This document shows, piece after piece, positions 38,643 to 51,744 of a stretch of 64,000 nucleotides of DNA; within the stretch, counting starts at the first letter, position 1, and every line of letters begins with the position of its first letter. The DNA lies in contig JAQFVV010000003.1 in NCBI GenBank assembly GCA_028023455.1, positions 23,622,001 through 23,686,000 of the forward strand, read 5' to 3'. Below the pieces are notes generated by a model. It was not told the DNA's origin. It was given only the letters and a program-made list of their open reading frames with translations, and searched no databases. This DNA is from Epiperipatus broadwayi (taxonomy: Eukaryota > Animalia > Onychophora). The translations under genes were made by a program, and so were the position numbers.

Positions 38643-41316
38643 TGATGATTTTTTTAATATTCTATTTAAATCACTTGTTAAATAATGAACATTTAAACAG
38701 AAATTTAATGATTTATATTATGTATATATTCTCTCTTTCTTTCAAGAAAAAGACAGAAAACTGAAGATATTTCCAAAACAAAACCATAATAAAACTTATG
38801 TATTTCGTTACACACATTTCATTTTTGATATATCTTGTGTATAAATATTTCCTTCTTGAACATAACCTCAGGCCTCAGGTTATTATTACTGTTATTAAAT
38901 TACGTTGTAACAAACCCCTCCCCTCTCCCTTTTCTACTCTAGGTTAAATATTTTCTCAAATATATAGGGGGAAAAGTAAACCAGCAACTGATTAGAGGTT
39001 CTAAGCGTTGATTACTCGAAAAATATATAGAAAAGGAATATCTATTATAAAGGACTCCGTGGAGATAATTAAATGTTAATGGATATTCTGTAATAGTTTA
39101 TATGCTTTATTAACTTAATAGTAATCAGTGGGTTTTGAAAATTAAGGATGGAGGCAGTATGGATATGTAATTATAATGTAGGGTGATGTGGGAAGAAGAG
39201 AATGTGAAAGCAAAAATAAATCTAAAAAAAAATGTAAATTTCGTTTCTGAATTATTATTTAGCAGTTTTTTTTTTTTAATAACTATTTGAGTTCTCCTCC
39301 CCCATCCTAGCATGTTTGTATATATATATATTCTCTTTTTCATCTTGTTTTTTTTTTTAAAAAAAAAAAATGCATATTTTAAAATTCATTAAATTCTTAT
39401 TTGCTCTAAGTAATTATTTTGATAAAGATAATCATAAATTTAACATGCATAATAGTTTTATGCTTTCTCCATTACATTTGCATCTTTAAAATACAGTACT
39501 TGTTATAGTCAGCGTATCGAAATGCATTACCCCAATTCATGTTAATCTCGGATTTATTATCCTTTAGCTTGAGTATTTGGATAGTCATTTAAATTATAAT
39601 GTGCGGCTATCTGAATTGTCTCTGAATCACCGTGAAAAAAAAATTATGTTTGCTTGTAATCGAAAAATTTTCAAGCTTCATCTGATCAAGTTCGATCTCT
39701 GAGTTATATAAATATGATAAGTGGATGCAAAATAGTACAACAGAACTTTTCAAACTAGTCAATAGTGATAGAATAGCAGACTGAAGAACTTATAAAGGTC
39801 GCTGATCTAAAGTTCATTTCTATTACTTCCTATGCTCAATTCAGCATGTAACCTCAGACAAGACAAAACATTCAATTATTTATAACTAGGATCATAATTC
39901 TGGTGATTGGAGGAAGGGGGGGACGACTCTAAACATTTTAAAATATCGTCGAAAATATTAAGAAAAAAAAGGGTAAGTATTAAGAATAGTCAGCCTGAGA
40001 GCAGATCAATTGAAAGATATTCTGCTCTTTCTGACTTTTTGATGTAGAATATTCTCAAACATCAATAAGTTTTTTGTTTAATATCTAACGTTATTTAATT
40101 TATATATACAAAGTTTTCTATTATTGCTGCCCTTAAGCAATAGATATTATTGTATCGTTTCTCTTCCAAGAAGTCTTTTCATAAAGATAAAAAAAAAAGA
40201 GAGAGAAAAGATAATAGAAACAATATTTTGATTTACTATTTCAAAATGCAGTAAACAAACTAAGTGAGTCCGGACAGCTGACATTTTCCAGATGTCAGAA
40301 ATAGTAAAAATAATTTATTACATTCGTTTATTTATTTAAATGGTTTTAACACTAGTATATTTAACTTTATTTAAATGTTTAAATTATTATTTTTTAAATA
40401 CCCTGTATTTTTCTTAATTGACTAGAGATCGCTGAAAATTAAAAAAAAAAAAAAAATCATTTTGATATGTTGATGTAATTATTAATCATTTTTATTATGG
40501 ACTATTAGTACTTTCGATAGTCTAAAATAGTATATTTTAATATGAGACCCCTCCTCTTCCCCAGTACAGTTTGCACTTCTGTAAATATTTTGACTGAATT
40601 CTCAGTGTAATTTGCAATGAATCGGTGCAGGATGAGCGCATTCAATTAAAAAAAGATAATCATGAACTCAGTGCTTCTTGAAGTTGGAATCCTCCTAGAT
40701 TTGTGCATTACTATTATATACATATATTATTTTTACAGTCAGCATATTGCACTATATGATTAACTATGAATCTTAAATCTGTATTTAAAAATAGCTAAAT
40801 ATCCATTATCAACCATTTTAGGTAGGTAGATAGCCTGATTATGGGCTAGCTACTCGAGAGAACAATTCTAAGAACTTATTGAGATCTAAAAAAAATTTAA
40901 CTCCTTTTTTTTTATTGTAGGAACTTTGTAATTTTTTGTTTTAAAAGAATTTTATTTAGGGAGAATATTGGTTTTTTAATACATTAATTTTTTATAGTAC
41001 ATTGACAAAAAAAAGAGTCTATAATGTCACTACTGGGTTGGTAGTCGATGATTTATGAAAATATTAATCCAGGGTATGGAATAAATCCTGTGGTTTATAG
41101 ATTGTTGTCATAAGCTATTTGGAAAAGTATTGGCCTTTGGAATTTGGAATAGATTCCAGGTTTCTTCAAATAAAAATTTGGAGGAAAGGATCATGTCTTT
41201 ATTTTTGATTTTGTTTAAGAGAGAAATGAATAGACTGTTTGGGTCTGGTGGAGGATTTGTGAATACTAATTTGCATCTCACATTCCAGATAGAGTGGGTG
41301 AGAAATACTGACATTC

Positions 41317-42468
41317 TTATAATTGGAAATTTTCTTTTAGCGAGAGGATTCTGTAAATATCAGTTTTACTGTTTTGGAAAATTAAAAATTTGATACTACT
41401 AAGTCCGCTACATGAGCGAATTATGTGGTCAAATGTCTCATCATGCCTCTTGCAGATTGGGCAGATAGGGTCAATGTTGTTAAGAAATCTCTTGTGGTGG
41501 AGGAACCAGTTGGTATGCATGGCTCCCAGATTTACTTTTACTAGGTAGTTTAAAAATTTAGGCTCTAATGCTAAGAACTTGAATATTGAAGTAATTCTAT
41601 GATTAGTGATGCCAAGCATTGGCAACATTGAGTTGATTTCAGGGTTGATTTTATGGTGGGCTTCCCAGATGGTGATTTTTGTATTATATGGATTTTGTAA
41701 ATTAGATGTAAATTGATTGAGAAGCTGGAGAACCTGGTCTAGCCAGCATTTTTGAGGAGGAGGTCTGTCTGTCGGTTGAACGGCCTCTGAAATATTGAAG
41801 GAATCATGTTTTTGTAAGAGGTTATGAATTAATGTGTGAGATTTTTGAAAGATAATTGAGGGGATGGAGTGAAAGGACATCCCATTAGATTTGCGATGGT
41901 ATTGCATCCTTGTCATGCTTATGGACGTTGTACTGTTTTTCCAAAAGAGTTTAGCACATAGACTATTGATTTTTTTGGTAAAGGCTTTTATTGCTGTCAT
42001 GATGGGGAGGTAGTATGCAATCTTGGACATGACTTTCATGTTCAGTAGTGCTACTTTTCCCTGAATGGAGAGATACACCCTGGAAAGGGATTGAATAATC
42101 TGGGATGTGGAGTTGATTAAGGAGTTCTGTAGTTTTTTTGACATGGCTATTTGAGACATGGAGATAGGGAAGCCAAGAAAGTCCTGGGGCTCAGCTAGAA
42201 ATCTAGATGAGACTTTCTTTCCCGATAGAATTTTCCAAGATGAAGATTTGTTGGAGTTAAATTTGAGTTGTGAATCACAGGCAAATTTATCCAAAATCTT
42301 GTAGAGTGTTGGGAGATGTTTTTGAGATGGTAGTATTACGAGGACATCATCCATATATGCAAACAACTTGAAGGATTTTTTTATGCGAGGAATGAATACT
42401 CCGGTGAATGAGATTTCTATATCTCTCAATAGGGGGTTGAGATAGTATATAAAAAGGATGGCACTCAA
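41317..42468 (-). pseudogene. L1/Tx1-like ORF2 C-terminal part (RT domains 5-7, thumb, CCHC), 383 aa open
   Basis: Continuous ORF in the track with YMDD and CxxC-x8-H-x4-C. It continues after a frameshift into 41108-41314 (IWNVRCKLVF...PPPDP). Confidence 0.85.
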
Positions 42469-42621
42469 TGGAGATCACTCAAATTATACAGGAATGATTT
42501 TGATATAATGATTCAAAGGAACAAGAAGCAGTATGAGTAAAAGTATGATTTGGCCTTCTCTCTTAGACAATTTTTTTTAGTGAACATAATTTATAGGGAG
42601 ATGTACTTATATGCTCTATAA

Positions 42622-43117
42622 CAGGGGTGGGCAAATAGCGGCCCGAGGGCCACATGCGGCCCGCTAAGAGTTTTTATGTGGTCCTCCAAGACAATCAGAA
42701 AAATCCACATTGGACTGAGATTTCCTTCCTGTTGCATGACCGAATATTCATCTCATATTTTCCACTAGAATGGCCACATCAATATACATGCGCAGTGTAG
42801 ATACAATGTGCAGTGCTTTTCCAGTTGATATGATTAATTTCAATTTTGTCTTTGCATTAGCAAATATATATATTTCCAACTTTTGTGAAACCATGAATGC
42901 TCCATAAAAATGTAAAATTGGTAATGAATGTCATGTGTTTAATGAAGAATGGACAGACAAATATTTCTTTGGTAATACAGGGAATAAAGCAGTGTGTTTA
43001 TTGTGTCATGAAAAAAAGATGCGGCCCTCCGTTAACCTTCGCTTCCACAAAGTGGCCCCTGATGCGGCCCTCCACCAACCTATGCGGCCCCCGAGCCAAA
43101 ACAATTGCCCACCCCTG
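42622..43117 (+). mobile_element. Internally deleted hAT (Charlie/SPIN-like) DNA transposon
   Basis: Perfect TIRs CAGGGGTGGGCAA / TTGCCCACCCCTG and 8-bp TSD CTCTATAA / CTCTATAG. Repeated subterminal GCGGCCC motifs. Retains the transposase N-terminus CHVFNEEWTDKYFF...KAVCLLCHE (BED-finger start). Confidence 0.92.
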
Positions 43118-43979
43118 CTCTATAGAGTAGTATTTTCTAATGTCTTAAATTACATAACCCAAACAAAGCAATCTCTGGAGCAGCAATTTTTTTATCATTG
43201 GTTATGATGCTGAAAGTGAATTGATTGGATAGCAATAAGTTTTGATTTAAAACATTTAATTTTAATTTTTGATGTTAAATAAAAGCAGAAGTATATATAA
43301 AGAAAATTGATACACTTGAACATTTATGTCAATACATTATGATGCATGTAATAGCATTACTTTTAACACTGTTAATTGTATGTTGGTTGACTGGGTAAAA
43401 TATCTAAATTTGTATACTGAGGATAATGGAAGACATATTATGTAATTTAATTATCTTTTTTTTCATTGTTCTTATAGAGTTAAAAAAGTCATGTTCTTTA
43501 TGAGTGATTGCTAATGAAGATGAAATGGTGTCTTATATATAATTAACTCAATAATTAGAGAGTTGTTAATGAGTTAATTATTTTGCTATGAGTTTTATAA
43601 AAGGAAAAAATATTTGAGATAGAACTCTATGTTTTAATAACTATCAACAGTAATTTATTTTATTTTGGACAGATATCAGATACTTGAGAAAATATAATCA
43701 GAAGAATTGCTGTTATGAGATCATCAAAAATTATCTTGTGGAATACTGATTATTATATATGCCTTCCATATTCACATCTAAAATTTGAATTTGGTTTGAA
43801 TGAACCTTAAATTTTTTTAAATATCTAATTTTGATTATTAAATGCGAAATTTCTCCTGGTTATTCCTACTGATACACTTCTGCCCAGTAGTGGTATGTTT
43901 TTTCAGTCTGTAATCAGATATATTTGTGATTGTATTGATCTGAATCAGAATACATTTTTTTGAAAAATATTTTAATGGC

Positions 43980-44700
43980 AGCCTTATAACATGACTCATA
44001 GTGATAACCAGTCTCAGCAACTATCTCTAGTTAATCTCACTAATAAACAGATTATCTCAAAATTCAAATTCTAGTATCTGGAACCAAAATATCTCAATTT
44101 CCTTATTAAAGTCAATTTAGAAGCTCTGCCCACTAGTCATTTTTTTATCATGAAGAATGGTTAATGCTAACATTGATCCAAATTGTTAACTCTGTCACAA
44201 GTCTGAAGAGACAATATATCATATTTTTCTACAATACCCTGCTTTTCTTGTCTATAGAAATACTATTAAGTCAATTACTAGATCATGTACTCCATCTATC
44301 GACACACTTGATGACTATATGAGACATGGTCTCTTTCCCTCAATTAGGATCACTATTTTCATTATGTTTCCCCTTTATTTCTTGAGATATCATTTTTGTT
44401 TTACTCCTATATCTAATAAATTGCAGTCCATGTTTTACAATAAGATACTTAAAGTCAGAAATAAAGTCAGGACATGAGTCCCTCCAGATATTGTACACAC
44501 CAAATGGAGCCTTACTTCTCTCTTTTTTACTCTGTAAACAACTGTTTTTTTTCTCTATGTGTTAAATGTTTTTTTTTATTAATACATATAAACCATTTTA
44601 TATGCCTGTATTATCTATTTGTAAAGAAATATATTTTCTAAATTTTTTTATATGTAAAATATGCAATCATTGAATATACTCAATAAAAAATTTAAAAAAT
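43980..44700 (+). mobile_element. Old decayed 3' fragment of the same L1/Tx1-like LINE group
   Basis: LEPKYLNFLIKVNLEALPT...NIDPNC.LCHKSEETIYHIF remnants at 44080-44230 match the 41.4-41.6 kb ORF. AATAAA plus an A-rich end near 44680-44700. Confidence 0.65.
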
Positions 44701-45308
44701 AATAATGGGTATTTAACTCATTTTAGCTAGAGAATAAAGGTTCTAGATTAATTTAGATTCTCAGATAAGTATAAATGCTATGATTGTGAAAAAATATATA
44801 ATTGCAATGGTATTTGGGATGGGATGTAATACTCCTATAGGCAAAGAAACCATGATTACTTTATCTTAGAATGAGTGTGGACAGATTTTTATGCAGAAAA
44901 GATAGGACTCTTTTTATAATAACTATTATTAATATAAATAAACAATACTAACACACTCTTCTATGTATTTTAATAATTCAAATACATTATTTTATTATTC
45001 CAGACTTCCAAAAATAGGTGACAGTTTTGATTGTCAAACAGTCTTCTATAGAGTTGTAACATACACTATATCTATAACAAAATCAAACTGTTGCAAAGAT
45101 CATTATAAAAATAGAAAACAAAGTCAGAACCACTATATATCCTTGTATAATACCTGTTTTTATTTCAAATGCTTTAGATGTGCCACCACTAATATTTTCT
45201 TTTGTATTACTATAAATATTGTCATAAACCTTTTTGATTAATTAAATCAAATGCCTTGACCAAATAAAAACAAACATAAATCATATCTCTTCCAATATAT
45301 ATTTTCTT

Positions 45309-45401
45309 CAAGTGTCATAGCATCGGCCGGGATGCGAACCTGCAACCCGGGCAACTGCTTGTAAGACAGTCGTGCTGACCTCTCGACCACCAATGCAAGA
45401 C
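45309..45401 (-). mobile_element. tRNA-Gly-derived short SINE
   Basis: Minus strand GCATTGGTGGTCGAGAGGTCAGCACGACTGTCTTACAAGCAGTTGCCCGGGTTGCAGGTTCGCATCCCGGCCGATGCTATGACA. Perfect 18-bp TSD TCCAATATATATTTTCTT (45291-45308 / 45402-45419). Confidence 0.85.
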
Positions 45402-46662
45402 TCCAATATATATTTTCTTTGCTAACAACAACAAAAAAAAAACAATTCTGTTATCTGCTTGATTTTCTAAAAGCACATTGATTTTAAGTTTAATACATAA
45501 TTAGTAATAATCATTAGTGTGTTTATCTGAAGTGGATGGTGTAAAAAGTTGTAAGTGCAGAAAGTTTGACATTTGTAAATTAAAAAATAATAAAATACTT
45601 TTGATGTGTAGATAACAATGATGTACTATTATACTTATTGCAGTCTTTTTTACTCTTTTATAATTTAAATCAAAGGAAGCAATTAGGACACTGTCTGTCT
45701 TGAGTCAGTATATTCCTAAAAAAATCTAATAGTTTTAAAGATAAATCATTATTATATGTTAAAAATTTTTCAGATATCTTAGACATTCTGTTTTCAAGAT
45801 TATGAAAACCTATCTTAACTTCATCAAATTAATTATCTCTATCTATATATAAATAAATTAGTTGGACTGATATATCATTAAAAAGTTATTTGAATTTTTT
45901 TCATTATTTCAAAAGATAATCAAAATACTTCCACCTGTTTGAAAAAATACTCTTTGAAGATATGCCATTCATTGATTTAATGAAATCATGATATATATAT
46001 ATTGTCCATATATTATTTCCAATACATCAAAAGAATGTAATATAGTTTTAATTCACTGATCATGCTTAAGTTTTTTTTGTGTGTGTCAATTGTTTAAACT
46101 TTTGTCTTTTTATTTCTATATTGCTTTGAACATCCATATTCATTTTGTTGTAATATCAAGAAGAAAGTGTTAAATTTAATTTTTAATCAAGTCACCAATA
46201 ATTCAATCATTGTCATTGAACCAGTAAAAAAAAAGTTTATTATTATTCAGGAGTTTATAAGAAGTTTGAGCATAGAATTGGAGCCATGATCCATGGATTT
46301 AGAGTCTGATACTTTACAACTGGGCAAAACCGCACAGAGTGAGAAATAGCTATTACTTCTAAAGAATGAACATCAAGGGATAGATCTATTTTTTAATGCA
46401 TCTATAATTTTTATATTGAAAGATATTGATCTACAATCTGCAGTTTCTTTTACTTAAAAACATTTTCTTAAGGTTTAAAATACTTTCAGATATCTTTAAA
46501 AAAAAATCATAGTAAAACCTAAAGATTGGTATGATGTTCATTTACCCACTAGAAAATTTGATGATAGAGTTTAATGCAATTGATAAGTATAATAGCTTGT
46601 TTTTTTTTTTTTTAACAAAATAAATTATATTATGCCATGTTTTTAAATTTATTATGAACTTT

Positions 46663-46761
46663 TTTTTTTTCATATGTTAAAGTGTTGACCGTTGACCGGA
46701 AAGGGAAGCGAACCCGGGCCAGCTGCTTGGAAGCAACCACTAGGCCACCAACGCTTGAAGA
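46663..46761 (-). mobile_element. tRNA-Gly(TCC) retrocopy / SINE with internal deletion
   Basis: Minus strand TCAAGCGTTGGTGGCCTAGTGGTTGCTTCCAAGCAGCTGGCCCGGGTTCGCTTCCC...ACATATG plus poly(A). TSD TATTATGAACTTT (46650-46662 / 46762-46774). Confidence 0.85.
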
Positions 46762-48629
46762 TATTATGAACTTTAACTGTAATCCATACGTATGTGGTCA
46801 ATCATACACTTCCTTCAAAAGACATTTTTCATCATCAATTATGCCCTTAAGAATGAAAACTATATCTTACAATTAGTCAGGAATTTAATCCACGACCTAT
46901 TAATAACGTTTTTATTTTAAATTAACATTAAATGCATATTTGACCCTAATTACTAGTTGATCAATAAAAAGCATCATTTGATATCTTTATTTTTTTGCAA
47001 CCAACATTTTATTAAAGAACTGTTAAAAAGTTTAAGGTCATCCCTTAGGTATTTCTAAACAAATTAAAATTATTTCCTCTTACTCCCACATTGTCACTGC
47101 TGACAGACTATTACCAGTTTAAGCTTTTTTTTTTTTTACATATAGTTTATTTAATTAAAAACAAAAAATTGATAAACATTAGTTTTATGTTTTTTTATAT
47201 GTTAGATGTACATGTATTTTAATTTTTTTCCTGATTTGCTTGACTTGGAAATATTAAATCTGTTTATTGCTCTTGTAAGAATCACTGTTGAGAAATGTGA
47301 ATTGAAATAACTATGCCTTTAGCCTATTATACTCCTATATTTGTTTATTTAATACTAATTATCTTTCTTATCTAGATATATTATTCCATATCTACATGAC
47401 AAAAATATTCCTAAGTTTTTCATTCTTTTTGGAACCATCTTAAAGTAAATATTTAATAAGTTCTTTTTTGTAAAGATTAGTGCTTTCACTCGCCACATCC
47501 ATATCGTAGGTCCATAGCTACCCTAGTTGGATCATAGCCATTCTATATGGTCCACAGCCAAATTGAGTAACTCACAACAGCTTAGCTGACTTCTAGCCAA
47601 ACTAACTGGCTGACAGCCAATCTAGTTATCCCCTAGATTATCAACAGCTAACTTAGCTGGCCTCCCAATTTTAAATTGTGAATGGTTATCAAGCATTTAT
47701 TAGTTAGAAGATTAAAAAACAACATTACTATGAGTTGGTCAGATGAGTGTTGCTTTTTTAAAAAAAGATACCTGTTATTTATTGAACTGATGTCAAATTC
47801 CTATAGTCACTAAATTCATTCTTATCTCAAATACAATCCCGGATATTTAATAATAAATCAATAAAAAAACAACATTTGTTCATGCTTTTATTGTAATAAA
47901 ATGGACACTCTTTTTTTGCACTTTTTTAAAGCAATTTTATTTTAATTTTCTGTTTTAGCTAATTTGCAGCCAGCATTAGAGATCTGTAAATATTTTATAT
48001 TTTACTATATTACAAAGTGTAAAAGAGGATGGTATATTTTATTATATAATATAGAATTAAGCACATAAGAGAGGTGATGAGACATTAATTCATTTATTTT
48101 TGCTTTATTAAAATCGTGAAACATTTCAATTACTGAAGACAATTGACTTTACTGAATTAAATTTATATTTAAATTAAATTTATACTTATTGAAATAACTT
48201 TATTATCATTATATAAATCGAACATTTATATACTTGTGGAAGAGTAAATAATGTATGTATTATTTGCTATTACAGCAGTGTAAACTTTTCCCTTAACTGT
48301 TTTCCAACATTTTCCCTTTTTTTTATTGTGTTAAAAACAATTAGAGTTAGTCATATTTCTTACTTTGAAACAAATCCAATACTCCAATCAACAATAGTGA
48401 TTTGAAAAATATCAAGCCTCTGATAAGTTCATTATTTTCTTTTAAGATGTATAACAAGGCTACACAAATCTCTTCTATTCCATTTAAAGGAAAAATCACC
48501 TATTGGGGTGCGTACGCCCTAGCTATAAACAATGACTCAGATTCCCCACCTGCCCTAGGAATTACAATATGGCACTGAGAGTAGTTGTGTGGAAGTCTGA
48601 GTTCAAATCCTGCATATATTACATATATA

Positions 48630-49341
48630 AATGCAGGTTTAAGCCTGTACAATGTATTAATAAAGATCATAAAAAAGTTTAGATACTGGCATATGAAGTC
48701 CAAACATTTGGACTTCACAATTAAATTAAATCTCACTGCACTGCCAACAAATCATTTTCTGGTTATGCAGAGGGGTTTAATCAAAATTAATTTGACATGT
48801 GCACTTTGCAAACAAGAAGAAGAAACCATTGAACATATCCTTCATACATGTCAATATTTAAACCTGATTCGAAAATTCATCACAGCTTGTACCAAAGTTA
48901 ATCCTAAGGAAAAAATTTTCAATTAAAGCCACTATAATAAAAGGACACTTCCCTGTAACCAGGATTGCAATTTTCCTCACTTTTACCATCTGGTTATTAT
49001 GATGTCAATTAATCTTCAAAAATAATAATTGTGATTTAATATCTACATTTTGTAAGATCATAGAGAAAATTAAGATAAGAGACTGAATAGTAGCTCCTAT
49101 GGGAATATTTAATGATACCTGGGCAATTTACAAGTTGCCTAAAACCTGAACTCCACCCCCTAAAAATCCCAGAACACTCAATTATGAACAATCCCTTGCA
49201 GCCTCAAGCTCAATCAGGTATCGGTGGAGGTTTAAACAAAAGATTAACCATAGACAGTAATGCTGAATATCCATAAAAAAAACATTGTATTTATATTATA
49301 TTTCTAATTGACCAATAAATTCTATTTTTTTTTAAAAAAAA
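48630..49341 (+). mobile_element. 3' fragment of an L1/Tx1-like LINE
   Basis: KSKHLDFTIKLNLTALPTNHFL...INLTCALCKQEEETIEHILHTC (ORF 48585-48926), PPP motif near 49150, AATAAA at about 49313 and an A tail at 49332-49341. Confidence 0.75.
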
Positions 49342-50332
49342 AGATGTATTACAATTGTTTTCCTATCTCTTTTTGTATTATTTCTTTATGTTTTGTGCAT
49401 GCCCAATATAATTTCCTTTTTATATTATAATTTTATGTTCATTTATATTTTTTAACATCCTCTTTTCAATTTCATCTAACTTATTTATCATAGTGTTTTA
49501 TTTCAAATCTACATCCTTAAAACATCTTATGTTGTCTCTCTTTTTAATAATCCATGTCTTTGCTACATGTAAAACAAGAATAGCACCACTTATAATAAGT
49601 TTAACTAATCACTGATAACCAGATATTAGTGGAGACAAATCTATTGACATCTAATAGTGATTGATTATTCATGCTTACTGTAGAAGGCATTAAAGTAGAA
49701 ATCAACTCTTATGAACTGGGGAAAGACAATAGATTTATTCTCATTATTACAAACATTAATTCTTTCAAACCCCCCCCCCTTTCGCCTTTACTTATTCAAC
49801 TGAAATTTCTCACAATTATTTATGTTAATATTCATCTCAACTATAGCATTGACAACTATTTCATTATTACAAAATCTATTTTATTATCATCATTTTTTCC
49901 CACCCTTCTATTAACTTTTAGTACTTCCCAGTTCTACTATTAACTTTGTATTACCATTTATACTTTTAGTATTCATACTTAGTTTTTTTATTCACTTTTA
50001 TTTTTTATTTATTTAAAATTTAATTTTCATATTCAAAGAATCTTTATTTTTCATATTTGATTGGTTCCAGAAAAAATAGCATGAAAATTGAATTTGTAAT
50101 CATTGAGAACCAGTTCCAACAGAAATAATATTACTAACCTTTAATTGTTACTCTGGTGCAATAAAACTGGAATTAGTTTTACTTATTGATAATAATACAT
50201 GCACATAATGTGTAATATTTTAGTGTATTATATATATTTAAAAAAATATAAATAAGTATAAAAAATAAAGTTTTATGTAAAATAATTAAATAAAATCAGA
50301 TATAGATTATAAAATAACGAAAAAACCCACCA

Positions 50333-50589
50333 AACATCACATGATCATCATTTCTTATGCTTGCTCATAACTGTTATTAAAACAGGAAAAACTCTCTATA
50401 CAGTAGTGCCACTCAGTGCAAGTCAGAGTAATCAATGGATGCCAGAAGACTTGTGCATAAAATCCCTATCTAGTGCCTACTTATCCAACATCCCCAGATT
50501 AGTTTCTGGCTCATGGCCTTTGTTGGTGAGGAGCCTTGGATCTGGCTTGCACTTGAGTGCACTACTATATAGAGAGTTTTGTCTGTTTT
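50333..50589 (-). repeat. Family C copy with about 48-bp inverted ends and a mutated hammerhead (minus strand)
   Basis: AAAACAGGAAAAACTCTCTATACAGTAGTGCCACTCAGTGCAAGTCAGA is inverted at 50541-50589. The minus strand reads TCCAAGGCTCCTCA CCAACAA AGGCCATGAGCCA GAAA CTAATC TGGGG. Confidence 0.8.
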
Positions 50590-51744
50590 AAAATATAGAA
50601 AACAAAGTTAGTATTTTTGTTTTACTTCATATTCAACATTTTTCCTCCTGTAATTTTGCTATTAGCAAATTTATTTTTACATTTAGCAGCAGTTTAGCTA
50701 TGGATTCACCATCTATAGTTGCAGTAACTAACAGTTTAAAAATATTATATAAAACATTTAAAAATTCTATAAATTTCATGTGCATACTATAGGCACATCA
50801 GAATCGTCTCTCAATCAGCCTTTTTTTTTTTCTTGTAGACTTAGTGCACAGAATACACACTAGGGTAGTCATATCACTTTTATTTTTTACTGTCTTTTTC
50901 ATAAAATGCATTATATTATTTTTCACAAGAGTGTGTAAGTTATCCCAAGCTTTCAAATATTTAATCATTGAAATCTAATATAGTGAAGGCAGGGGGACTA
51001 AAGACTAGTACACTTCAAAAATAATTTTCTTCACCAAAATAGAGTATTTTTATTAGATTTTGAAACTACTCAGGATTTTTCATTTTAAAAATTAAAAATG
51101 ATTTCTATTTTTTCATGGTATAAACAAAAGTTTCATGATTATTATAATATTGGAAAACAGTATTTTGTTCTCAATCAGTCACATTATGAAACCCTTAGTC
51201 TTTATTTTAATGCTATTCTGATGAAAGCTTTAGTTAGACTTTTCATTGCATTGTTGTTTGATTGTTTCTGTTGATTTTTATTTATTTCTGCCATAAAATT
51301 TTTTAGTTTTCAATTTTTTATTATTACAATATTTTTAATTTGTTATTCTTATGTTTCTGAATTTTCCCTTATTAGCAATTTTGCAGATTAAAAATAATTG
51401 AGCAATACAATTCTAGTGTTAGAAATAAATTTATTAAATGTAACTAATATTAATGCATGGTATATATACATAAATTACATTTATTTATTTAATCAATAAT
51501 AATAGTGAATAAAAGTTTATTAGTTCTTTCATTTCTTTATTTCCTTTACTAAATGCTACTTTTAAAAACTTAGTATTGCAAACTTTATGCAGTTGATTTA
51601 AGTCATCCCCTTTTCCACATGAATCCTCTCTAAAAAACAATTTGCTTTAATGATAATGAAACTAATGAGAAGATAAAATCAAAACATGGTGTTCAAGTGA
51701 ATTAGGCTTGGGTTTTCTTTTTAGTGTAAAATGAATGTACATAT

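Larger units (their letters stand above)
40905..43210 (-). mobile_element. 5'-truncated L1/Tx1-like LINE, interrupted by a hAT element
   Basis: RT motifs PLSAILF, KLFAYMDD, FLGFP, LSIQGKVALLN and C-terminal CPICKRHDETFDHIIRSC zinc knuckle. Short A tract with AATAAA at about 40905-40916. The extension beyond the hAT (43125-43210) is only weakly supported. Confidence 0.85.

Noticed and set aside
46262-46335. Minus-strand tRNA-like segment (TTGCCCAGTTG...GACTCTAAATCC...GGCTCCAATTC)
   Set aside because: A- and B-boxes are both degenerate, with no TSD or second copy in the window.
47490-47660. GC-richer tract with recurring AGCT/CAGCTAAC words
   Set aside because: No regular period, so not a CRISPR array or clean minisatellite; no recognisable ORF.
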